Under the pieces are notes generated by a model, which worked only from the letters and a program-made list of their open reading frames with translations, was not told the origin of the DNA and did no database searches. A program made the position numbers and the translations under genes. 64,000 nucleotides of DNA from Lama glama. Its lineage: Eukaryota. Below, in pieces: positions 1 to 10,900 of this stretch. The first letter of the stretch is position 1; every line of letters starts with the position of its first letter. The stretch is taken from the NCBI GenBank assembly GCA_028534125.1, contig CM052832.1, positions 9,922,001-9,986,000 of the forward strand, given 5' to 3'.

Positions 1-53
1 GGGGCTGGCCTTGAGAACTCAGTTATCCCTCACTTTACCCGACAAGTGTCATC

Positions 54-230
54 AGCAAGGTTCTCCAATTTAAGAGTCTTGCATCAGACTCCCTGGAGGG
101 CTTGTTAAAACCCAGACTCCTGGGCCTCATCCAGAGGTTCAGATCTGGCGGATCCGCGTGGGGCTGAGATGCCACACTTCTAACCTGGTAAAGATGCTGC
201 TGGTCCGTGCATCAGACTTTGAGGAACCCA
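54..230. mobile_element. MER5A-like hAT-Charlie MITE
   Basis: gcatcagactccctggagggcttgttaaaa...gatgctgctggtcc...tttgaggaacc resembles the MER5A consensus. Confidence 0.8.
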
Positions 231-274
231 GCTTTGGAGGCTTCTCCCAGGGAGAGGCGGGAGGGGGTGCTCAC

Positions 275-499
275 CTTCCTGCGCCTGGAGAGGGATCTGG
301 GAGGCAGCAGATTTGGTGCTGCCCTTGCTCTTCCTGCTGCCCTGGCTGCCGAGAGATGGGTGTGTCTGCAGCTTCCGGTGGGCCTTGGGGCCACCCAGGG
401 CACCGTTTCCCGTCCTCCTGGTTCCGCCCAGCTCCGAGGGGTGTCCAGAGCCATTCGCCACTAGTGGGGTGCAGCTCAAGGGGTTCCCCTGAGGCTGGC
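275..499 (-). CDS. MDFI: MDFI exon 4
   Basis: ccctctag|GC CAG ... GAAG|gtgagc; 225 nt; phase 1-1. Confidence 0.96.
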
Positions 500-3400
500 C
501 TAGAGGGATGATGAGAAAAGGCAATGGAAGAAGTGTGTGTGTGTGGTGGGGGGCGCACAGCCTCCCAGAGTTCTGCTCTAATCCTGTTATCTTAGTTCCC
601 AGAGCCACCACAGGTCACCTGGCTGATCTGTATTCTCCAGATGGGGAAACCGAGGCCCAGAGAGCAGAACCGACTTGCCCAGAGGAAAACCACGAAAGAG
701 CAGATGAGTCGAGCCTGGCTCCTGACCCCCCAGCCAGGCCTCATTCCAGAAAAGACAGAGCTGCAAGGCAAGGGGAGAGGCTCAGAGGCCTGCACCCCAC
801 CTTCTTACCCAGCGTGAACTCCACTCTCCTGCTCTTAGGGTCCTAGGATCTCGGCAAAAGTGGTGGTAGTCGGGGTGGAGGGACAGCAGGGAAGTAGTTA
901 ACTATCACCTTGGCCCCTGCTCAGCCCCCAGCTGTTTTTGCCCTTCGTACACTGGGTGATTTATTGGAAACATCTGTTTGGGGATGAATGCCCTGGCCCT
1001 GGAATCCAGGGGCTCCTCACAGCAGCTCCCCTGTCTCCTGTTCCTTCTGCCCCTAGTCCCTGCCTCCCATCTGGCCTCTGTGGGGTGGCGGCAGAATTTG
1101 CTGAGGGGCCCTTGGGGTCTGGGTGAGGAGGGAGAGAAGAAGGGAAGAGGGAGGGCAGCAGGGAGGCCCCAAAGCTGGGAATTCTGGGTCCCCATCCCGG
1201 GCTGAGGGACCAAAATTTGGCTCTATCAGTGGGGTTCGGGGAAGCTGGACACAGAGATCCCCCCAAAACACCCAGTTCCTTCCCTCACCTCATTCAATCT
1301 GCCCACCTGGATGGCACGGTTCTGCTCTCAAGAGTTGAGGGCAGTGGTCTGTGTGTGTTGGGGGAGGAGACTGAGAGGGCATCGTGAGAGCTCGAGGACC
1401 CCTTGGTTGCTCAGGGCCCCTGACTCCTGGGTGGGACCCTCTGGCCCTGAGGACCTTCGGTAAACATGTAAACATGGGGCATGTCCACCTCTCAGGCACC
1501 GGGGTCTGGATCCCCAGCTCTCTCCAGGCCAGGCCTCTGGGTTTAGACTGTGGCAGGAGGGGATGTTTGGGGGGCCCTGGAGGCTGAAGAGAGTGGAAGG
1601 GGACTTCGGTGCTTCCTTTGACCAAGGGGCCTGGGCCTTCTAGTAATGGCGGTAGCACAGCACTGGGCACTCGCTGCACGCTGGCCACGGTTCTGAACAC
1701 TTGACAAGGGAATTATTCTCAGCATCTCCTAGGGCAGTATCCTCCTTTTACAGATGAGGGAATTGAGTTCCAGAGAAGTACAGTAACTTGTCCAAGGTCA
1801 CACAGCTAAGGACCAGAGGTGGGATTAGCCTGGAGGCTAAGAGCTGGGGCTCTGAGGGCAGAGAGGCAAGGAGGCTGGCAGAGATTGGGAGACCAGGGAC
1901 TGAGGAATAAGCGGCTACTATCACAACCATCACTACACTTATAACTAGTAGCTGACATGTTTTGAGCTGTAACGAGGTGCCAGACACAGTGCTGAGAACT
2001 GTATGTGTAGAAATTTCCTTAAGCATAAAATAGAGCCACTATTACTAGTCCATTTCACAGATGAAAAAGCTGAGGCTCAGCGGTTATAAAACTTGGCAAA
2101 GTTTCCACAGCTAGGCAGTGGAGCGGGGAGAGGATGGAGAATGGGAGAAAGGAGCTGAGGACAAGCTGGGGAGGCAGGGAGAGGATGGGAGACAGGTCTC
2201 TGGGGAGGCTCCATGCTGGGAGCCTTTGGCCCGGAGCTGTGACCGGTGCCTGCATCTGCGTAAACAGGGGTAAGGACATGGGAAGTGGCCAGGCCTAAAT
2301 CATCCTGCCCCCACCTCCTGGCCCCACGGGGGGTGACTGGGCTGAGTCCTTGGCCAGCTTTGGTGCCCCCTGCCCTGTTGCCTAAACACGGGCACAGTGA
2401 CCAGAGGGCGGGAGTGTGTGGTGAGCTGAGGGCCCCAGGAGATTTGTCCAGACACAGAGCTCGCCTGTGGCCACGGCCATGGGGGTGGCCATGGGGGCTG
2501 AGTCACAGAGCAAACACTCAGGGCGCAGAGACACAGGAGTGTCTGTCCAACTCCATCCAGGCCCCCTCCTCTGTGGCCCCGGCGCTCACCTCTTTCTCTC
2601 AGTTCTGCTGGTGGGTGTGTCTGGAGGAGGCTGAGGGCAAAGTGCTTGCAGGATTTAGTAACCCTGACTTCCAGGGAGTCCAACTTAGCCCCAGATGCCC
2701 TGGCTGAAGGCGGCTCCCCACTTGGCCATGCCAGCTGAGCAGCAGGCATAGGAAAGGGCCCTGGGCCAGGAGACCTGTGCTCCCCAGTTTATGTCCAGGG
2801 CAAGCGGGTCTTTTGCCTCAGTTTCCTCACCTGTAACACGGGCTTGGCAAGAGCTATCCCGCTGCCTGAGTGCCTCTGGTTTGGAGAGCACGTGAGGCCA
2901 TTCAGGGAAAGAAAATTGGGAAGTGCCAATGTGTCCATAGATTCTGTGCATCTTACTAGTGATTAGAAAATAATTCTGGCAGCTTCATCCCCTGCTTCTG
3001 AGGGTGATGGTGGCAAACTTCCCCCCTCCAGGACCTCCTTGGAGACATTAAGCCAAACCTGGGAAGAGCTGAGTTTCCCTCCTTTCCACCCAGAGCAGCT
3101 GAGGGTGTCTCTCCTGCCAGTTTTCCCGTGACACCCTCATGGCTGGGGCTGCCTCGGGCTCCAGCTCCCTGTCCTGGGCCGACTCCCTTCTAGAGGTGAG
3201 GGGCACCTCCTCTATAAACCTCACACTCTCTTGTCCTGAACCATATTGCCTGAAGCCTGTCCACACTATTTTGAACTAATTTTATATGAATCATTTTGTG
3301 TGGCGGTCTTCTTCCTAGACAGCAAGGACAGTGACAGTGTCATACACCTTTCCACTGCCCTCACGTCAAGGTCCCACGGGCATCCACGACATTTTTGCCA

Positions 3401-6400
3401 GCCCATCTGGATTGCATTCTCTAGTGCAACCCCTACATGTTGCCACCCCAATTCCCTGGTCCCTTAGGACTCACGTGTCACAGCTTCTGTGGGGACATCG
3501 AGGTCAGTGCTGTCCAGGCCCAGGGGGGCCCCAGAGCCATTGCCTTGGGGCATGTTGGGTGCCGCCTCCTCCAGGGAGCCCTCCTCTAGCGCTGCCTCCA
3601 CAGGGTGAGCAGATCCTGTCACTACCTCCAGCCCAGGCAGGAGGGATGGGGTCTGGGCTAGGGAGAAAGCAGACAACCAAGGGACATTTTCCTGGTGCCC
3701 TCCTGTTTGCCTGGCCCCGGTCCCTTCCCATAGCCCAGAATGCCGTGAGCCCTCATTCTTGGTCACTGTACCAGTTACCCAGCCCTTACCATATCTGGCA
3801 ATAGTGCCAGACTCCAAAATAGAAAGTTCTCAAACCACAGCCCATGAGTGAGCAAGGGTGTGTGTGCATGCATGTGTGTGCGCACACTGGTAGGGAGAGG
3901 GGCCAGAGATGTGCAGTGTAAAGGAAAGTGGGGGGAGGAGGCAGAAACATAGCTGAGAGAACAGACAGACGGTCAGCGATGGAGAGACAGGGACAGGCGT
4001 CAAGAGTGACATGGAGAGAGAAAGAATCAAAGGGATAGTGAAAGGTAGAAGCAAAAAGAATGCATCAGAATGCAGGAGACTGGGCAGAAGGAGAGAGCCC
4101 CAGAAACCCAGTGACAGACAGCCCGGGACAGGCGGGAGGCTCAGCAATTGAGTGAAAATCAGCGATGGAGAGAAAGATAAAGACGGGTCAGAGGCAGAGG
4201 CGATGGAGAGGAAGTGGGATACAGAACAGAGCAAGAGGGAGACAGACAGTGAGAAATTGGATCAGAGAGAGTCAGAGAAGCCTGGGACGAGGCAGAGGGG
4301 CTATGGGCAGGAAGAGAGACAGGGAGATGGCCTAAGAGGGCTGGGAAGAGGCAGACGGCAGCCACACGTAATTACAGTGAGTAGCTTGGCCCCTCCGTGC
4401 AGGGTGGGCGGAAGGCAGAAATGGAGCCACCTTCAAACCCACAGTTCCTGAGGTGGTAAGACCAGGGCCGCCTGGGCCCAGGGGAAGAAAGTTCTGGGGG
4501 CTGGGGCTGGGAGGTGGGCAGGGAGGCAGAAAGGAAATCGGGTGCGAGAAGGCCTGAGGGTAGACAGGGCGGGTGATGCCTGGGGTCACGGGGCCAGGAC
4601 CCAGGCTAAGCCATGACAGCCCCCAGGATGTGCAGTTGGAAGGATCGGGGCCTCAGGAGGGTGCCCCTCCCCCATGCCATGTTGGGAGCAGTGGAGACAG
4701 AAATGAGAGACTCAGAGAGACACAGAGGCCAAAGGGCTGGGGAGAGGAGAGCGACACAAGGAGACGGAGAAAAAGATGAAGAGAAAGGGTGATAAACCCA
4801 AGAAGTAAGAAATTAGCACCCACCCGTACACACCACACACAGAGTTGGAGACACACCCACAGGGACAGAGATGGAGAGACAAAGGCTAGTCTTGGGAATA
4901 GAAGAGGAACCAATCACAATGCACAGAGGGCCTTACATAGGGTGCCCTTCTCTGGCTGGCTCCAAATGAGAGGGGCTGGGGGAGAAAGGGGAGGGAGGTC
5001 ATTAGAGGGATCCATTCAGGTTGGGCATGCAGGTCTGGGAGGTGGGAGCATCCTGAGGGGAGGGGGCGATCCAGGGGCTCAGAGACCCGAGTGGTCCTTG
5101 TTTCAAAGACCCTGGCCTCGCATGGCCCGGGGGCCCCACGTGGGTCACAGGGAGAACAGCAGGCATGCTCACACCTGCCCAAGGAAACCACAGGCCCTGC
5201 CTGCAGCTGGGAGCTGGGGCTGGGAGGCAGGAGGGGCTGAGGCTCCTGCCACCCCTGGTGCCCACCAGCTCCATCCATTCCTTGGGCAGCCCTTCTTACT
5301 CCCTGGGTTATGAAAGGTCAAGTGGCTTTTTGAAGATCACAGGGCTGGGACGAGGGGGAGCAGACCCCCAAGGGGGAGCCACGCTGCCTGCTCCATGGCG
5401 CCTCTGTCAGCATGAAGAGGGAGGCTTACAGCTTGAGTCTGAATTCCCAGGGAAGGAGGGGGCTGCCCAGCTCCGGCCTCTGGCCCCAGAGTCCTCCTAC
5501 CAGGGCCCCCGAAGCCGAAGCCAGAGTGCTGACCCTTCCAGGAGGTGTAAAGACAAAGGCCTGGGTGAGGAGCTGGAAGACCCAAGGCCTGGTTTTTACC
5601 AGATACCAGCTTGGGTGAGTTACCAGAACTGGGTCACCTAGCATGGGAAGGGGGTTCACAATGCTTGTCCCTCAGGGTTTCAAAGAGTAAATGAAACACT
5701 CAGCAGTGCTGGCCTGCAGGGGCCATTCCCGCACCCCTCCACCCACCCATCCCCCTCCCTGCCCTCCCTCCTCTCCCTTCCTTCCTTCCTTTCCTCCTTC
5801 CTTCCTGTGCTGTTTGGTGTAACTGGCCATGAGGCACCTCCCAATACGTCAAGCACTGGGTGGACCAAAATGAGAAAGACCAGGTCACTGCCTCAGGAGT
5901 TGGGGGTGGGGGGCAGTGACGTGCACCGAGCAGCAAGAGTTACAGCAGAGGCATCTAAGAACTGCGGAAGCACAGAAGATGGGCACTTATCCCAGGGTGT
6001 GTGTGTGTGTGTGTGTGTGCCTAGGAGGCTTCTTGGAGAAGACAATGCCCACACTGGGTCTTGAATAATCAGTTAGCAAAGAAGGAGGACAGGATATTTC
6101 GAGAACAGCTGCAGAAGCCAAGACCCCAGCGAGATCAGCAGCGGCGTGAACGGCGGGAAACCTAGAATGATAGCCGGGGCGTGGCGGGCCTTGGAGTCAC
6201 TTCCCTGGCTTCCTCCTGAGGTCACCAGGGCACACAGAGGTGACACCGTCAGTTCTGTAGTGGAAAGAGCCAGGATTTTGGATCTCTTGGCCCTCAGGGT
6301 TGGAGACAAAGGAAGGTGAGAAAGAGGGGTGAGGCAGACTGGTCCCCACCTCTGCCCTCCTTCCCTCCACGTCGCCACTTTCTGGGCAGTCTCTCCTAAT

Positions 6401-9400
6401 AGTCACCTACATGACTGGTGACCTTGAATCTGGTGGGAACAGGAAATTACAGAGAGCACAGACTAAGTTCTGAGGAGGCCCCTCCTGCAGGAAACGTGCC
6501 ATTCTGGGGTGAACATCAGACCTTGGAAGGAAACCAGGGAGAAAAGAAAGTCCAGTCCAGTCATCTTGACCTGGAAACACAGAGGAACAGACCTCCTGGA
6601 GCCAAGAGGGCAGCAGAGGGGACCCAGCAGACGCTTGGAGAAGCAATATGGAGGGCTCAGAGACACGGAAGTAGACTGGGAAGGAACAAGAAGTGGCAGG
6701 AAGACATGCTGCCCAGGTGCCCCGAAGCCAAGATGCTGGACCAAGAAACAGCTCTCTCTGGGAGCACATGGAGCAGAAAAGCCAGACAAGAGGAAGAGCC
6801 CATGTGCTCAACATCAAGAGACCCAAAGAACCCAGTTTTCCTTCTTGTGACCAGAAGAACCCCTATCCAGCCACAGAGGGGAGGGCATCTCTGCGGAGAA
6901 ACTCCCGGATGGCGGGGAGGCCAGCCAAGGCCAAGGGCAATTGTGTGGACAAGCATTTCAAGTTGTGCACGAAAGCATCTGTCCCGGGGGACGGGGGTGG
7001 GGCTGGAGTCCCTGGTTGGGGTCTTGCCCTCCCCGGAGGTGCCATCTGCTCACCTAGCAGCACACCTGCTCCATCTGACCCGAGAGCCACCTTTTTTTTA
7101 ATGTGCATCATGCTGGTGGCATCTCTGAGCAGAAGGCCCAGTCCTGCACCTCTCTCAAGGGTCCCCATCTCCAAGGGGGAAACACAGAAAGGCAAGAGCC
7201 CCTCTGACTCGACACATTTTCACCCCTACCACAGGAGAAGGTTCTGGTCAATGAATGCCCTGAGTTCTAGAAAGACAGCTCCAGAAGAGGGTGGAAGAGT
7301 CATGTTTAAATCCATAAGCCTGAGAGGGAAGCTAAGAGATTCAAACTTCAGCCGGATCCTGTGTGTTCCCTCTGCCTGCTGCTCCTGGACCGAGAAGGAG
7401 TTGGGGGAACCTCTTCTAGGTGAGACAGATTCACTCCAAGCCTGGAATGTGCCCTTAGGGCCCTGGGCCCTGAGCTCCATCCCTGGTCCCTCTAGCCCAG
7501 CTCTCTCCATTGTTTTTGTGGACAGTGGACCCAGACTTCCTCCTTGGAGCTCAGGCCATCTCTGCAGAGAGACAGCCAGGATCTGATCTGCTCAGAGAGT
7601 AGTGACTGGAATCCTGCATTCCAATCTCTCCTTAGCCTGGTATTCAAGGCTTCATTCTCTATTTTCATCCTAATCAATGGACAAGGATCCTGTGTTCCTG
7701 GCCAGTCAACCTCTCCGTGGCCCCAGGATACCAATGGGCCTTCTGCCTGATCCAACTGAGTTTATATTATTTCTATTGACCAGAAAGTCCTACCCTTCCC
7801 CTCTCCCCAAATCTAACTCCTCCTTCATGACCCAGCTGGACCCTCACCTCCAGGAAGCCTTCCCTGATCCTCAAGCCAACAGTGCCTCCTCTAAGTGGCC
7901 CACTTATAAAGAACTTAGTGCCCAGGGTTTCCTGTTGTAAATACTAACTAGGGAGTGAAGTCCAGGTCCTCAACTAGACTGCAGGCCTCCCCAGCTCACT
8001 CCCTGGGGTGGGGTCAGGATCCACCTCTGCACACCCAGTGGACACTCAGCAAATGTCTGCTGGTGAGGACTGGGTTCTGCAGTTTGAATCGCCCCAGATC
8101 AGGGGAAGGAGAGAGATTGAGAAGTCGAGGATTAGGGGTGGCACCTGGCACCAAGAAGGCAAAATTGTAGACTAGCTTGATACTCACTTGTGACACATGG
8201 GTCACAGTCTCAGGCCACCAGGCTGAGGACTGGAGAGAGCCTGAGCTGACCAGTTAGGCTGGGTCCGGTCGATTTTATTTTAAGTCTGAAGGCTCCAATT
8301 CCCCAAGAAATTCAATTTAGAAAATTTAGAACCAAGAGCAGGAATTTGACGATCCAGTGCTGAACAGAAATCTGCTGTGCATTAGGAAGCCAGGCTACCG
8401 GGGCTCTTGGGAGTGGGTGGGGAGGAGGCCACTGGGGGAGCCAAGGGTGTGGGGGCTTGGCCACCTGCCCCAACCAGAGCTGTCCTAAGTCCCCTTGCAC
8501 CCTGTCTGCATCTTGGGCGGCTGAGGGAGGGGCTGACTTGCTCCCTGGCTGTCCCGCCAGCAGGGCCCCTGGGGGGCAGCGCCATGGCCTTGCTGTTCTG
8601 TCAGTGCTCAGCAGGGCGCGTGGGGGATTCTGGTCTCGGCTTCAGGCGTCTGTGGGGTTTTGGCTGGGTCTCCTGCGGTTTGGGCTTCCTGGGCAGCAGG
8701 CTCATTCTCCCAAGGCAGCAGAGCCAGGCCTTCTCATGTTATGAAAGCCACATTGTCTGGCCCAGCCCAGGCTGGGAAGGGGGCTCAATGGGGCACTGGG
8801 GGGGCCTCAAGTTACAGCCTAGGGCTTAACCCTCCCAATGGCCCACCCTGGCCCTTGTCCCTGCCCCAGCACATTCAGCCCCTCCTTTCCTTGCTGGGGC
8901 TCAGAATGGGTCACACAAGGGAGAGGATCTTGGAAGGAAGTAGTGGAGGAGAGAGCAGAGAAAATGGATAAGCCGAGAAAGAAAGCACGGGAGAGTGGGA
9001 GGGTGGGAGAGAAGCAGGAGGCCAGGAGCGGGAGAGAAAAAGTTCCCAGACACAGCAGAACCTTCCCTGGCCCCTGCCCTAGCTCTTTCTCAGGCTGCAG
9101 GAGCCCAGTTCTTGGAGGAGTTTATTCCCCAGAAGTCCCTGCTCCAGGGCCCCCACAGAGAGGGGGAATCTGAGGGCTGGCGGGATGTACAGCAGACACA
9201 TTAGCCTCATGTATGTGCTGGTCCCTGGCCAGACACCTCCCACTCGTCCTCACTCTGCTTTAGGAGACACCCGCCCCCACAGCCCTGGGTGTCCAGAGTG
9301 CCAGCGTCCACACCGGGTAGACTTGGGGGCTTGAGACCGGCCTCTCTGAACAGGCAGACCAGCCTCTATGGGTGGATGTGGATACTGAGGCCAGAAAGGG

Positions 9401-9862
9401 GAAGGAACTTGTCCAAGGCCATGCAGGGAGTTAGTGTCAGAGGTCCAGGACCAGACCTCCATTATTCAGAGACTCAAAGAGGGGAGAAGCGGGTAATGGG
9501 GGTGGGCGAGAGGAAGGCAGGAGATTAGATTCACCTAGAGCTGGGATTAAAGGCATGAAATCTGGGCCTATACTCCCGCACACCACCCCCCTGCCCCTGA
9601 ACAAATCCCACATGTACCTGACTTCTCCCAGACCCTATGTTCCACTGTGGGCCTCAGCCTACATTTGGACCTGAGAGCCACAGTCCCAGGACTCTCCAAT
9701 CCCTCCAGACGCCATCAGGGAGTCACCAACCCTCTTGGGGTTGGGAGGCTCCTGCAGGAATCCCAGGGAGATTACAGACCCTGTGAGTTGGAGGGAGGGG
9801 CATTTCATTCGGGTCGTGGGCACTTGGTTGGAGTGAGTGCGTGAGAAAGAGTAAGAGAGAGA

Positions 9863-9897
<35 letters not shown>

Positions 9898-10523
9898 TGT
9901 GTGCCTGTGTGCTTGCAGGGTAGGAGTGGCGGGGACTGGCCAGGTTTGGGTAGGGAAGAAGGCGAGCGAGACGAGATGGCAAGGAGGGGAGGGGCTGGGT
10001 CCTGCAGCCGCTTGCTGCGGACAAAAGTTTTCGGGAAGCGCTAGGCTCTGGTTGGGTTGGGGGAAGGGAAGGAGAGAAAGATTCAGACACCCCCACCCCC
10101 ACCTGAGGCCCCCATAAATATTTACACACTGGGCAGAAACGGTTGGGACACAAATCCCAGACGGACAGACAGACACTGCGGTGTGTGTGTGTCTGGTGTT
10201 AGGAGTGGGGGGAGCTTGAGCCAACTTGGCGCGGCCGCGGCCTCCGTTCGGGCCCTGCCCCCATTGCCCCAGCCCTCCACTCTCCTTGGATTCGGTTCTC
10301 ATATCCAGACTCCTTGCCCTCACCTCCACCCAAGCTCCCCCGAACTGTCTCCCCACGTCTCAGGGAGGAGGGGGGAGAATTACCACCCCCCAACCCCAGC
10401 CGCCTACCCCGCTCCAGTCCAGCCTCGCTCTCCATCCCTGGTCCTACCTGGGTCCGGGGCTGCGCTGGGGGCTCCATGGGGCGCATCGCAGTGAGGGGGT
10501 CGCTGGCCACTCACCTGGGACAT
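275..10523 (-). CDS. MDFI: MyoD family inhibitor (I-mfa), coding exons 2-4 (3'-partial; Cys-rich last exon left of the window)
   Basis: Spliced protein MSQVSGQRPPHCDAPHGAPSAAPDP-AQTPSLLPGLEVVTGSAHP...DLDVPTEAVT-RQPQGNPLSC...GGPKAHRKLQTHPSL...SQIPLQAQE matches MDFI; tandem position downstream of FOXP4 is the known synteny. Confidence 0.97.
1715..2120 (-). mobile_element. Two tandem MIR SINE fragments
   Basis: MIR core ttttacagatgagg...gtaacttgtccaaggtcacacagct and catttcacagatgaaaaagctgaggctcag. Confidence 0.8.
3475..3657 (-). CDS. MDFI: MDFI exon 3
   Basis: ttctccctag|CC CAG ... ACAC|gtgagt; 183 nt; phase 1-1. Confidence 0.96.
5997..6019. repeat. (GT)n microsatellite, about 11 units
   Basis: Direct reading. 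Confidence 0.95.
9864..9896. repeat. (TG)16 microsatellite in MDFI intron 2
   Basis: Direct reading; flanked by a GA-rich tract. Confidence 0.95.
10448..10523 (-). CDS. MDFI: MDFI exon 2, coding part (ATG at 10523; exon starts at 10534)
   Basis: ttcccgcag|GTCCCGGGCCG ATG TCC CAG ... CCAG|gtagga; 76 coding nt. Confidence 0.95.
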
Positions 10524-10683
10524 CGGCCCGGGACCTGCGGGAAACAGGGCTCAGCGGGCTGGGCGGACGGTCCCCGCGAGCGTGCGGGGGGAAAGGGGGC
10601 CGGGCAGGGGGCGATCCGGCAGCAGCCACGCGCCTCCCCGCCGCGCGCCTCCCCCTTTCCAGCTTGGTCCGGGCCTGACTTAC

Positions 10684-10900
10684 TCTTGAGAGCTGAGCGC
10701 TTCTCTCTCGCCCCGCGGGGATCACCACGCGGGGCCTGCCATGCGTGCCGGCCACGGGCGCCCCAGCCCAGGAGCCACTCGGCTCCTCCGCGCTCGCCCC
10801 GCGCCCCTCCCCTCTCACTCGCTCCTTTCTCCCATTTCAGCGCCAGCACGCGCCGCTCGGCCCCTTCCTTCTGCCTTCTCTCCCTGCAGCCCCCTCGCTC
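10684..10900 (-). other. MDFI: MDFI exon 1 (5' leader; 5' boundary approximate)
   Basis: Strong donor AGA|gtaagt at 10684/10683, 149 nt upstream of the exon 2 acceptor, inside the CpG island. Confidence 0.7.

Noticed and set aside
6418..7586. Overlapping long plus-strand ORFs (227 and 297 aa) antisense within MDFI intron 2
   Set aside because: Non-ATG starts, no recognisable domain and no splice structure; such lengths are plausible by chance in GC-rich DNA.
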